Below are positions 56,386 to 64,000 of a stretch of DNA of 64,000 nt, piece by piece. The notes below the pieces were generated by a model that did no database searches, was not told where the DNA came from, and was given only the letters and a program-made list of their open reading frames with translations. Source of the DNA: an uncultured Bacteroidales bacterium (GTDB taxonomy: Bacteria; Bacteroidota; Bacteroidia; Bacteroidales; UBA10428); the NCBI GenBank assembly GCA_964618645.1, contig CAZUBW010000005.1, positions 15,870 to 79,869 of the forward strand, in the 5' to 3' direction. How positions within the stretch are numbered: position 1 is the stretch's first letter; every line of letters begins with the position of its first letter. The translations under genes and the position numbers were made by a program.

Positions 56386-57947
56386 AAGAAAAACTAGTAC
56401 AAAATGCAGCCGGCAGATGGGTACCTATTGAAATCAACGGTGAAAAAGCAATACCCTACCAGGGTGTCGGTGTTTACCGTCCACAGGGTGTTCGCCATGC
56501 GCCCAGGTTGTTTTCCAATGCTGATTATCCCGCCGACGGGAATAAAGAAGTTGCCTCGCTGAAAGAAGCGCTGCAAAAAGCCGGTCTGAAAAACGGCATG
56601 ACCATTTCGACCCATCATCACTTCCGTGAGGGCGACCTGGTGGCCAACAGGGTGTTTGATGCCGCGGCCGAACTGGGCATTAAAAACCTATGCTGGTTTC
56701 CCTCGGCTTCGTTCCCCTGTCATGCCTACCTGCTGAAATACCTCGATGACGGCACCATCAGCCACATCGAAGGCAGTATGAACGGTCCCCTGGGCCGCTA
56801 TTGTTCCGAAGGGAAAATGAAGAAAACGGCGGTGCTGCGTTCGCATGGCGGCCGTTACCAGACCATTCAGGATGGTGAAGTAAAAATTGACATAGCAGTA
56901 ATCGGCGCCGGCTGTGCCGATTCGTTTGGCAATGCCAACGGGGTTACGGGTCCTTCGGCCAGCGGCACGCTGGGTTTTGCCCTGGGCGATGCGCAATATG
57001 CCGACCGCGTAATTGTGGTTACCGACAACATGGTTCCCTTTCCGTGTGTTCCCTGGCAGATACAGGGCAACTATGTTGATTATACCGTAAAGGTCGACCG
57101 GGTAGGCATTCCCGAGAAGATCGTTTCGGGAACCACCGAGGTGACGAAGAGTCCCGACCGTCTGCTCCTGGCCGAACTTACCGCCCGCTTTTGCGAGGTG
57201 ACCGACATTATCCGCGACGGGTTTTCGTTTCAGGCCGGCGCGGGTGGAACTTCGTTGTCGGTTGGTAATTACTTTGCCGATATCATGCGAAAGAAAGGCA
57301 TTAAGGCCCGCTTTGCCCGTGGCGGCAGTAATAAATATTTGGTGCAGATGCTCGAAGAGGGCCTGGTGGAATATATCCTGGACGGGCAGACCTTTGACCT
57401 TGACGGGGTGCGGTCGATACGCGACAATCCCCGGCATGTGATGACCAGTCCCTTTACCAGCTATAACTACCACAGCAAGGGCAATATTGCCGGCATGGTG
57501 GATGTGGTGGTGCTGGGGGCCACCGAAATTGACCTGAACTTTAATGCCAACGTGGTGACGCATTCCGATGGTTACCTGTTGCACGGCATTGGCGGCTGGC
57601 AGAACTGCTTGTTTGCCAAAACGGTTATACTGCCGGTTCCCCTGTTCAGGGACAGGATTCCGGTTGTCCGCGATGAGGTTACCACGCTGTGCGGTCCGGG
57701 TGAGCTGATAGATGTGGTGGTCACCGAAAGGGGAATAGCCATTAACCCGTTACGTACTGACCTGATTGAGAAAGCAAAAGGTTCGGGATTGCCGTTGAAA
57801 ACACTGGAACAACTGAAGGAAGAGGCTGAGCAGATTTGCGGAAAGCCCCGTCCACCAGTTTTTACCGATAAAATTGTGGCCGCCATCAAGTGGGTGGACG
57901 GAACGGTGATTGATGTGGTGAGGGAAGTAGCGAGCTACGAGCTATGA
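56382..57947 (+). CDS. citF: Citrate lyase alpha subunit (citrate CoA-transferase)
   Basis: 521 aa. ISTHHHFREGD block and length typical of CitF. 4-bp overlap with the upstream gene. The last five codons (ASYEL) and the stop lie inside a heptamer array. Confidence 0.85.
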   Translation: MKEKLVQNAAGRWVPIEINGEKAIPYQGVGVYRPQGVRHAPRLFSNADYPADGNKEVASLKEALQKAGLKNGMTISTHHHFREGDLVANRVFDAAAELGIKNLCWFPSASFPCHAYLLKYLDDGTISHIEGSMNGPLGRYCSEGKMKKTAVLRSHGGRYQTIQDGEVKIDIAVIGAGCADSFGNANGVTGPSASGTLGFALGDAQYADRVIVVTDNMVPFPCVPWQIQGNYVDYTVKVDRVGIPEKIVSGTTEVTKSPDRLLLAELTARFCEVTDIIRDGFSFQAGAGGTSLSVGNYFADIMRKKGIKARFARGGSNKYLVQMLEEGLVEYILDGQTFDLDGVRSIRDNPRHVMTSPFTSYNYHSKGNIAGMVDVVVLGATEIDLNFNANVVTHSDGYLLHGIGGWQNCLFAKTVILPVPLFRDRIPVVRDEVTTLCGPGELIDVVVTERGIAINPLRTDLIEKAKGSGLPLKTLEQLKEEAEQICGKPRPPVFTDKIVAAIKWVDGTVIDVVREVASYEL

Positions 57948-58053
57948 GCTGTGAGCTGTGAGCTGTGGGCTGTGGGCTGTGAGCTGTGAGCTTTGAGCTG
58001 TGAGCTTTGAGCTGTGAGCTATGAGCTGTGAGCTATGAGCTGTGAGCTGTGAG
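57932..58053 (+). repeat. Heptamer array (GAGCTGT)n, about 17 units
   Basis: gagctac gagctat gagctgt x3 gggctgt x2 gagctgt gagcttt gagctgt gagcttt gagctgt gagctat gagctgt gagctat gagctgt x2, read directly. Confidence 0.95.
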
Positions 58054-58081
58054 GAAGTAAGAAAAATGATTAAAAATTTGA

Positions 58082-58198
58082 CTCGCAGCTCGAGGCTCGC
58101 GGCTCGCGACTAACAGCTCAAAGCTCGCAGCTAAAAGCTCACAGCTAAAAATTGATTCAGCATTTGGCTCAAAGCTCGCGGCTCGCAGCTCGCAGCTA
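58082..58198 (-). repeat. Inverted heptamer array (CTCRCAG)n; partner of 57932..58053
   Basis: ctcgcag ctcgagg ctcgcgg ctcgcga ctaacag ctcaaag ctcgcag ctaaaag ctcacag ... ctcaaag ctcgcgg ctcgcag ctcgcag. It is separated from the forward array by about 28 bp. Confidence 0.95.
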
Positions 58199-58232
58199 AG
58201 AATGGATACCATGAGTAAAGCAGTATACAACA

Positions 58233-59432
58233 ATGTCCAAACCAACTATCGTAATCATGCCCGGCGACGGAATTGGTCGCACGGTGATGCAGGAAGCCCT
58301 CAGGGTGCTTGAAGCTTCAGGATTTGAAGCCGGTTATGTTGAAGCCGATATCGGCTGGGATTTCTGGTGCCGCGAGGGCAATGCCCTTCCCGAAAGAACG
58401 GTTAAACTGCTGGCGGAACATAAGGTGGGTCTTTTTGGTGCCATCACGTCGAAACCCAAGGACGAAGCCGCCGCCGAACTGGCCGATCACCTGAAAGGCA
58501 AGGGATATGTGTACGCCAGTCCTATAGTGGGCATGCGCCAGCATTTTAACCTCGATATATGCATCAGGCCCTGCCATACCTACAAGGGTAACCCGTTAAA
58601 TTTCATCCGCAGGGGTATTCACGGCGAAATAGAGGAACCCGAAGTGGATGTGGTGATTTTCCGGCAGAATACCGAAGGACTTTATTGCGGTGTTGAATGG
58701 AACCATCCGCAGGGTGTGGTTTACGAAGCACTGAAAAGTCATAAAAGCTTTGTGAAAAATTTCGGTACGGTGCCGCCCGAAGAAATAGCTGTTTCCACGC
58801 GTATTTTCACCCGCAGGGCTACCGAAAGAATACTGCGGGCTGCGTTTGAGCATGCCGCACAATACGGTTACCGGTCGGTTACCCTGTGCGAAAAGCCCAA
58901 CGTGATACGCGAAACATCGGGCATGATGTATAATATGGCCCGGCAGATGCAACGCGAGTATCCGGCTATTGAGCTATGGAATACCAACATTGACGCACAG
59001 ATGATGTGGCTGACCAAAAATCCCGAGGACTATGGTGTGATGGTGGCGGGGAACATGTTCGGTGACATTGTTTCAGACGGGTTTGCCGGTTTGATTGGCG
59101 GGCTGGGTTTTGCCTGCAGTGCCAATATAGGCGACCAGGTAGCGGTTTTTGAACCTACACATGGCTCAGCACCAAAGTACGCTGATTATCCTGTTTCTAT
59201 TGTGAATCCCATAGCCATGATCGAGTCGGCCTGCATGATGCTCGACCACCTGAAGCAGCCGGAAAAGGCGGCGAAAATCCGTAAGGCTGTGGCTGCAGTT
59301 ATTGCCGGGGGCAGGGTACGGACATACGATATGCTGAAGATGAAAGGGAGTCCGGATGTGTTGCGCCATGGCGCAGCATCTACCAGGGAGATGGGGGATG
59401 CGGTGATTGAAGAATTGCTGAAGAGAGAATAG
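58233..59432 (+). CDS. Isocitrate/isopropylmalate dehydrogenase-family beta-decarboxylating dehydrogenase (substrate not assignable)
   Basis: 399 aa. IVIMPGDGIGRTV, IRPC, FRQNTEGLY, GNMFGDIVSDGFAGLIGGLG, HGSAP. Confidence 0.85.
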   Translation: MSKPTIVIMPGDGIGRTVMQEALRVLEASGFEAGYVEADIGWDFWCREGNALPERTVKLLAEHKVGLFGAITSKPKDEAAAELADHLKGKGYVYASPIVGMRQHFNLDICIRPCHTYKGNPLNFIRRGIHGEIEEPEVDVVIFRQNTEGLYCGVEWNHPQGVVYEALKSHKSFVKNFGTVPPEEIAVSTRIFTRRATERILRAAFEHAAQYGYRSVTLCEKPNVIRETSGMMYNMARQMQREYPAIELWNTNIDAQMMWLTKNPEDYGVMVAGNMFGDIVSDGFAGLIGGLGFACSANIGDQVAVFEPTHGSAPKYADYPVSIVNPIAMIESACMMLDHLKQPEKAAKIRKAVAAVIAGGRVRTYDMLKMKGSPDVLRHGAASTREMGDAVIEELLKRE

Positions 59433-59434
59433 AA

Positions 59435-59587
59435 AGGGACAAGGGACAAGGGACAAGGGACAAGGGACGAGCGGCAGTAGCAGTGGCAGTAGCAGCGGCA
59501 GCGGCAGTGGCAGTGGCAGTAGCAGTGGCAGTAGCAGCGGCAGTGGCATACTACACAACTCTTATCTCACAGCTCGCAGCTCGTAGC
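59435..59587. repeat. Composite array: (GGGACAA)x5 + (GGCAGY/AGCAGY)n + CTCACAGCTCGCAGCTCGTAGC
   Basis: Read directly. It starts 3 nt after the stop codon at 59432. Confidence 0.95.
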
Positions 59588-59680
59588 TTTTTCAAGACTG
59601 CATGACTGCACGACTAAAAAGACATAGAAGACCAGAAGACAATTATCTACACTGATTGAAACAACAAAAAAATACAACCC

Positions 59681-60289
59681 ATGCAGGAAATACTGACATT
59701 ATGGCCGGAACTGGAATGGATTCAGAATCCGGATCTCCGGGTAAAGGTGGCCGCCACCTGGGCATTGGCCCTGCGAAAAAGTGCGCTCACTGCCGGTGAT
59801 CTGAGCCGCATTCCGTTTACCTTACTGGCCGGGCCCGACCTGAAGGTAAGCTTTATGGACCACAAGCGGGCAGTGGTGCACATAGCCCGTGAAAGCGGGT
59901 TGAAGTTCAGGGAATTTTTCGGCACCGAAATGCCGGTTGATATGGATGTGCTGATTGCCGGCGCCATATTGGCTGATGTAGGCAAACTGCTGGAATATGA
60001 AAAAGACAAGAGCGGAAAGTGTGTCCAGGGAAAGTACGGAGCCTACCTGCGACACCCTTTTTCGGGGGTTTCACTTGCCGAACAATGCGGCGTACCGGCC
60101 GAGGTATGCCATATAATTGCAGCCCATGCCGCGGAGGGCGACCTCGTAAAGCGTACAACTGAAGCCTATATTGTGCATCATGCGGATTTTATGACGTTTC
60201 TGCCTTTTAAGAGCCAAGAGCCAAGAGCCAAGAGACAAGACAGGGACGAGGGACAAGTGACGAGTGACAAGCAAAAGAAGCAAACATGA
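59681..60289 (+). CDS. HD-domain protein (metal-dependent phosphohydrolase fold)
   Basis: 202 aa. MDHKRAVVHIA ... AILADVGK ... HIIAAHAAEGD ... IVHHADF. The C-terminal ~25 aa (SQEPRAKRQDRDEGQVTSDKQKKQT) are encoded by a heptamer array. Confidence 0.6.
   Translation: MQEILTLWPELEWIQNPDLRVKVAATWALALRKSALTAGDLSRIPFTLLAGPDLKVSFMDHKRAVVHIARESGLKFREFFGTEMPVDMDVLIAGAILADVGKLLEYEKDKSGKCVQGKYGAYLRHPFSGVSLAEQCGVPAEVCHIIAAHAAEGDLVKRTTEAYIVHHADFMTFLPFKSQEPRAKRQDRDEGQVTSDKQKKQT
60210..60272 (+). repeat. Heptamer array (GAGCCAA)x3 / GGGACGA / GGGACAA / GTGACGA variants inside the 3' end of the HD gene
   Basis: gagccaa gagccaa gagccaa gagacaa gacaggg acgaggg acaagtg acgagtg acaagc, read directly. Confidence 0.9.
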
Positions 60290-60411
60290 AAATTATTGTT
60301 GACATTTATTAGAGCGATGTCCCCCTCTGGAGGGGGCTGGGGGAGGAAAGTCAAGTATCAAGTAATCGATAATGAATATTGAAAAGGAATGAAGAAGTAA
60401 AGCAGCAAACC

Positions 60412-62346
60412 ATGACAATCATTGAAAAAATAGTAGCGGAGCATTTGAGAAATGGAAGTGGCAGCGGCAGTGGCAGTAGTAGTCAAATCTCCAATCCCGA
60501 ATCTCAAAACACACACATCCAGCATCCAGCATCCAGTATCCAGCATCCATTACCCAGTGGCAGGGTGAAGCCCGGGGACATAGTGGATGTGTTTATTGAC
60601 GTGCGGCTGGCACGCGATTTTGGCGGTGCCGGCGTGGTGAAAAATTTGCAGCAGTATAACCTGCCCATCGCCGACCGCTGCAAAACCTTTTTTACATTCG
60701 ACTGCAATCCTACGGGGTCTGATCAGCAATATGCCACCAACCAGCAGAAATGCCGCCTTTTTGCCCGGGAACATCAGATTGATGTTTACGACATTAACCA
60801 GGGTATCGGTACGCACCTGGCCATTGACCAGGGACTGGCAGTTCCGGGATCGACCCTGGTTTCAACGGATTCTCATGCCAATATGCTGGGAGCCATTGGT
60901 GCCTTCGGACAGGGCATGGGCGACAGGGATATTGCCGCAGCCTGGTCGCGCGGATCGGTATGGTTCAGAGTGCCCGAAACGGTAAAGATCACGCTTACCG
61001 GTGAGCGGCCCGAAAACATTTCGGCCAAAGATATTGTACTTAACATGCTGAAATTTTTCGGCGCTGACGGACTATTGGGTTACGCGGTTGAAATGTATGG
61101 CGAGGAAACAGAAATGCTTACCCTTGATGAGCGCATCACCATTTCGTCGATGGCTACCGAAATGGGCGCTATTGCGCTGCTTTTCCCGCCTTCGTCAGCT
61201 GTCATTGACTATTGCACCGAACGATCGTACCAGTTGATCAATCCCGTTTACGCCGACCCCGATGCCCGCTATGCCAAAACCATTGAGCTGGACATCGGAT
61301 CGTTCACGCCTGCTGTTTCGCTTCCCGGACAACCTCACCATGTAGTTCCGGTGAGTGACCTGGACCGGGTGAAAATCGATTCGGCTTTTGTGGGCAGTTG
61401 TACCAACGGGCGTCTCGAAGATATGAAGGAGGTTGCTCAGCTGCTGAAGGGCAGGAAAGTCGCCCCGGGTGTAATGCTTAAAATTGTTCCCTCCACCGAT
61501 GAAGTCTGGAATACCTGCCTGAAACTGGGCTACCTCGAAATATTCAAATCGGCCGGTGCGCTAGTGGGAAATGCTGGTTGTGCGGGGTGCGCATCGGGAC
61601 AGATTGGTCAGAACGGGCCCGGTGAAGTGACCATCAGCACCGGTAACCGCAATTTTGCAGGAAAGCAGGGGAAAGGCGACGTTTACCTGGCATCGGTTTC
61701 CACGGCAGTGGCCTCCGCCATCGCGGGGTATATCACCACGGCCGGCCAGATACCCGATCATCCGCTGATATTTGAGGCAAAAGCTGGTAAAGCTGTTTCA
61801 ACTGCCGGTTCCCAACCGGCAAGTAGCGGAGCCGGAAAGGGGAAAACGCAAAAACCCCTTATCATCGAAGGAAAGGTGTGGCTGATCCCGCGCAATAACA
61901 TCGATACCGACATGATTTACCACAACCGCCACCTGGCAGTCACCGATATCAGTGAAATGGGCCGTTATGCGCTGGGAAACCTGCCCGGCTGGGAAGATTT
62001 TTCACAAAAGGCAGAACCCGGGGATATTCTTATTACAGGAAAAAATTTTGGTTCGGGCAGTTCACGGCAACATGCGGTGGATTGTTTCAGCGCGTTGGGC
62101 GCCCAGGCTATACTGGCCGAGTCGTTTGGTGCGATATACGAGCGAAATGCCATCAATGCCGGGTTCCCGGTACTGACCTACACAAGCCTTGAAGAACTGA
62201 AACTTGCTGATCGCGACAAGGTAACCATCGACCTCGAAGGCGGCACTATTACCAACCAGCGAAATGGCAAAACAGCTGTGATAACCAGATTTTCGGATAT
62301 ACAAAAGAAGATATATAAAGCAGGCGACCTGTTGCTTGCTCCCTGA
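60412..62346 (+). CDS. Aconitase-family hydro-lyase with large (LeuC/HacA-like) and small (LeuD-like) subunits fused; carries an in-frame repeat insertion near the N-terminus
   Basis: Start MTIIEKIVAEHL is the canonical LeuC/HacA N-terminus. STDSHANMLGA, GSCTNGR, GCAGCASG (Fe-S cysteines). A linker is followed by the swivel domain GKNFGSGSSRQHA. Confidence 0.85.
   Translation: MTIIEKIVAEHLRNGSGSGSGSSSQISNPESQNTHIQHPASSIQHPLPSGRVKPGDIVDVFIDVRLARDFGGAGVVKNLQQYNLPIADRCKTFFTFDCNPTGSDQQYATNQQKCRLFAREHQIDVYDINQGIGTHLAIDQGLAVPGSTLVSTDSHANMLGAIGAFGQGMGDRDIAAAWSRGSVWFRVPETVKITLTGERPENISAKDIVLNMLKFFGADGLLGYAVEMYGEETEMLTLDERITISSMATEMGAIALLFPPSSAVIDYCTERSYQLINPVYADPDARYAKTIELDIGSFTPAVSLPGQPHHVVPVSDLDRVKIDSAFVGSCTNGRLEDMKEVAQLLKGRKVAPGVMLKIVPSTDEVWNTCLKLGYLEIFKSAGALVGNAGCAGCASGQIGQNGPGEVTISTGNRNFAGKQGKGDVYLASVSTAVASAIAGYITTAGQIPDHPLIFEAKAGKAVSTAGSQPASSGAGKGKTQKPLIIEGKVWLIPRNNIDTDMIYHNRHLAVTDISEMGRYALGNLPGWEDFSQKAEPGDILITGKNFGSGSSRQHAVDCFSALGAQAILAESFGAIYERNAINAGFPVLTYTSLEELKLADRDKVTIDLEGGTITNQRNGKTAVITRFSDIQKKIYKAGDLLLAP
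60454..60549 (-). repeat. One unit of the 4550..5068 composite satellite, opposite orientation, embedded in frame in the CDS
   Basis: The reverse complement GGATGCTGGATACTGGATGCTGGATGCTGGATGTGTGTGTTTTGAGATTCGGGATTGGAGATTTGACTACTACTGCCACTGCCGCTGCC has the same module order as the 4.6-kb unit. It is translated as GSGSGSGSSSQISNPESQNTHIQHPASSIQHP. Confidence 0.85.
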
Positions 62347-62372
62347 AAGAAAAAAACACCGGAGGACTTTAC

Positions 62373-64000
62373 ATGCCAGCACAAACTTTTGCAGAAAAGA
62401 TTTTCGGAGCACCGGCAGGTGCCATTGTTTTTCATCGGCCCGACCTGGTATTGAGTCACGATAATACCGCCAGTATCGAAAGCACTTTTCGAAAAATGGG
62501 GGGTGACCGTGTTTACGATGCCAGTCAACTGGTTATTGTACTCGATCACAATGCACCACCCACCAACAGCAAGCTGGCCAATGACTATTTCCAGATACGA
62601 AGTTTTGCGCGCAGCCAGGGTGTTAAGCGGTTTCACGATGCCGGTGAGGGCATCTGCCACCAGCTGATGAGCAGGTATGCCCTTCCGGGCATGGTGATTG
62701 TGGGAAGCGACAGCCATACATGCACTGCCGGGGCATTTAATGCTTTTGCTGCGGGAATCGACCGGACTGAAACAGCCGGCATCTGGAAAACGGGTGAAAC
62801 CTGGTTCAGGGTGCCGGACTCCTTAAAAATAGTATTGCATGGCAGGTTACCCGAGCATGTTTATGCCAAGGACCTGGCCTTGTATATCATGGGCATGATC
62901 GGATCAAGCGGAGCCGACTACCTGTCGGTTGAGTACCATGGCGACGGTGTTAAAACGCTTGGCATAGCCGACCGGATGACCATTGCCAACCTGGCTTCGG
63001 AAATGGGAGCCAAAAATGCTGTTTTCCCTGCCGATGAAGTGTTGTCAGCTTTTTTGGGAAAGGAAGTCGCTGGTGTATGGGCCGACAAAGAGGCTCATTA
63101 CACCAGAACCCTTGAAATTGATATGACGGAACTGTACCCGCTGGCAGCCTGTCCGCACCATGTGGATCATGTGAAAAGCGTTGACGAGGTAGCCGGAATA
63201 CCCATAGGCCAGGCATTGATAGGTACCTGCACCAATGGCAGAATTGAGGACCTGCGCGAAGCTGCTGCCGTACTCAAAGGAAAGCGGGTGGCCGGAGATG
63301 TGCAGTTGCTGGTTGCCCCGGCATCGCGGGATATTTATTTACAGGCTGTAAGCGAAGGATTGGTGGAAATATTTCTGCAAGCCGGCGCCAATATGCTTAG
63401 TCCTGCGTGCGGCCCATGCCTGGGAACAGGACAGGGGATACCGCCCGACGGTATTAACGTTATTTCCACCGCCAACCGTAATTTCCTGGGGCGAATGGGC
63501 AATCCCAAAGCCTCAATATACCTGGCTTCGCCTGCCACTGTGGCGCTTTCCGCCTTAAATGGTTGCATTACTTCGCCCATGATGCGCCGTATCAGGGTTC
63601 AATATCCATATCATGCCGAACAGACCGCTACCGTGGTGATTGCTGAATCGGATAACCGATATAAAAAAGGTGTATGGGATTACCATGATGCAAATAACCT
63701 GAATACCGATCAGCTGTTTGCCGGAAATCTTACCTATGAGATCAACAGCTCACAGCCCGAGAAGATCGTTCCCCATTTGCTGAAAGGTTTTGATGTTAAC
63801 TTTTCCGGAAAAGCACAACAGGGCGATGTCATCCTATGTGGTGAGAACTTTGGATGTGGCAGTTCCAGGGAACATCCTGCGGCAGGTTTGGCTTACCTGG
63901 GAATAGCTGCCGTCATTGTCAGGTCGGTATCGCGTATCTTTTTCCGGTCGGCCATTAACCAGGGATTGCCTGTGTTGGTAGTTCCCGGAGCCGTGGAAGC
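62373..64000 (+). CDS. Second fused aconitase-family hydro-lyase (large plus small subunit); runs off the right edge
   Basis: My own translation from ATG 62373: MPAQTFAEKIFGAPAGAIVFHRPDLVLSHDNTAS ..., GSDSHTCTAG, GTCTNGR, SPACGPCLG, later GENFGCGSSREHPA. Open to base 64000, and absent from the ORF track because no stop lies in the window. Confidence 0.85.
   Translation, partial: MPAQTFAEKIFGAPAGAIVFHRPDLVLSHDNTASIESTFRKMGGDRVYDASQLVIVLDHNAPPTNSKLANDYFQIRSFARSQGVKRFHDAGEGICHQLMSRYALPGMVIVGSDSHTCTAGAFNAFAAGIDRTETAGIWKTGETWFRVPDSLKIVLHGRLPEHVYAKDLALYIMGMIGSSGADYLSVEYHGDGVKTLGIADRMTIANLASEMGAKNAVFPADEVLSAFLGKEVAGVWADKEAHYTRTLEIDMTELYPLAACPHHVDHVKSVDEVAGIPIGQALIGTCTNGRIEDLREAAAVLKGKRVAGDVQLLVAPASRDIYLQAVSEGLVEIFLQAGANMLSPACGPCLGTGQGIPPDGINVISTANRNFLGRMGNPKASIYLASPATVALSALNGCITSPMMRRIRVQYPYHAEQTATVVIAESDNRYKKGVWDYHDANNLNTDQLFAGNLTYEINSSQPEKIVPHLLKGFDVNFSGKAQQGDVILCGENFGCGSSREHPAAGLAYLGIAAVIVRSVSRIFFRSAINQGLPVLVVPGAVE

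Noticed and set aside
58033-59558. ORFs 58033..58245- and 59166..59558- (Leu/Pro-rich MCSMPLPLLLPLLLPL...)
   Set aside because: They are translations of heptamer/hexamer arrays and of the antisense strand of the dehydrogenase gene, so they are not credible proteins.
60300-60345. GC hairpin CCCCCTCTGGAGGGGGCTGGGGGAGG after the HD gene as a regulatory element
   Set aside because: The stem is short (6 bp) with no U-tract. This is a common Bacteroidota intergenic motif, and a single copy gives insufficient evidence for a specific function.
60379-60411. TTG start at 60379 for the aconitase-family gene
   Set aside because: The ATG at 60412 yields the canonical MTIIEKI N-terminus. The upstream 11 codons have no homology-like character.

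Overview
This looks like a chromosomal segment of a Bacteroidota-type genome. That assignment is an inference from gene content (GH43/GH35/GH20 enzymes, a DUF5107 protein, a short Bacteroidota-style glycogen synthase, an HU-SPOR protein) and from TAnnTTTG -7 promoter boxes. Most of the window is ordinary, densely packed housekeeping and metabolic genes: a PBP1A fragment, topA, glmS, a nucleotide-sugar block, an SDR/ALDH/acyl-CoA ligase trio, a non-PUL carbohydrate locus, a complete menaquinone operon, gltX, and a citrate-lyase/aconitase-family cluster that runs off the right edge.

Three things stand out.

(1) An AT-rich islet lies next to an initiator tRNA-Met gene (about 22.1-27.4 kb). It carries a REP-associated tyrosine transposase (RAYT) and a cassette in which a WYL-domain regulator is divergent from a tRNA-like RNA, an SPFH/slipin gene and rtcB. 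The RNA element folds on paper as a circularly permuted tRNA (T-arm, loop-capped acceptor stem, D-arm, anticodon-stem closure), which is the architecture of YrlA-type bacterial Y RNAs. No Ro/Rsr, RtcA or RtcR gene is present in the window. This is my best candidate for an undescribed RNA-repair or RNA-conflict system.

(2) A family of heptamer (STRR-like) microsatellite arrays fills many intergenic gaps. The arrays form inverted arrays of about 120 bp, bracket ubiE, supply stop codons and C-terminal tails, and in one case sit in frame inside an aconitase-family gene.

(3) A dispersed element of about 150-160 bp with a long hairpin sits immediately upstream of two unrelated start codons.

All calls come from reading the sequence and recognising motifs by eye. 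No database search, folding program or statistics was run.
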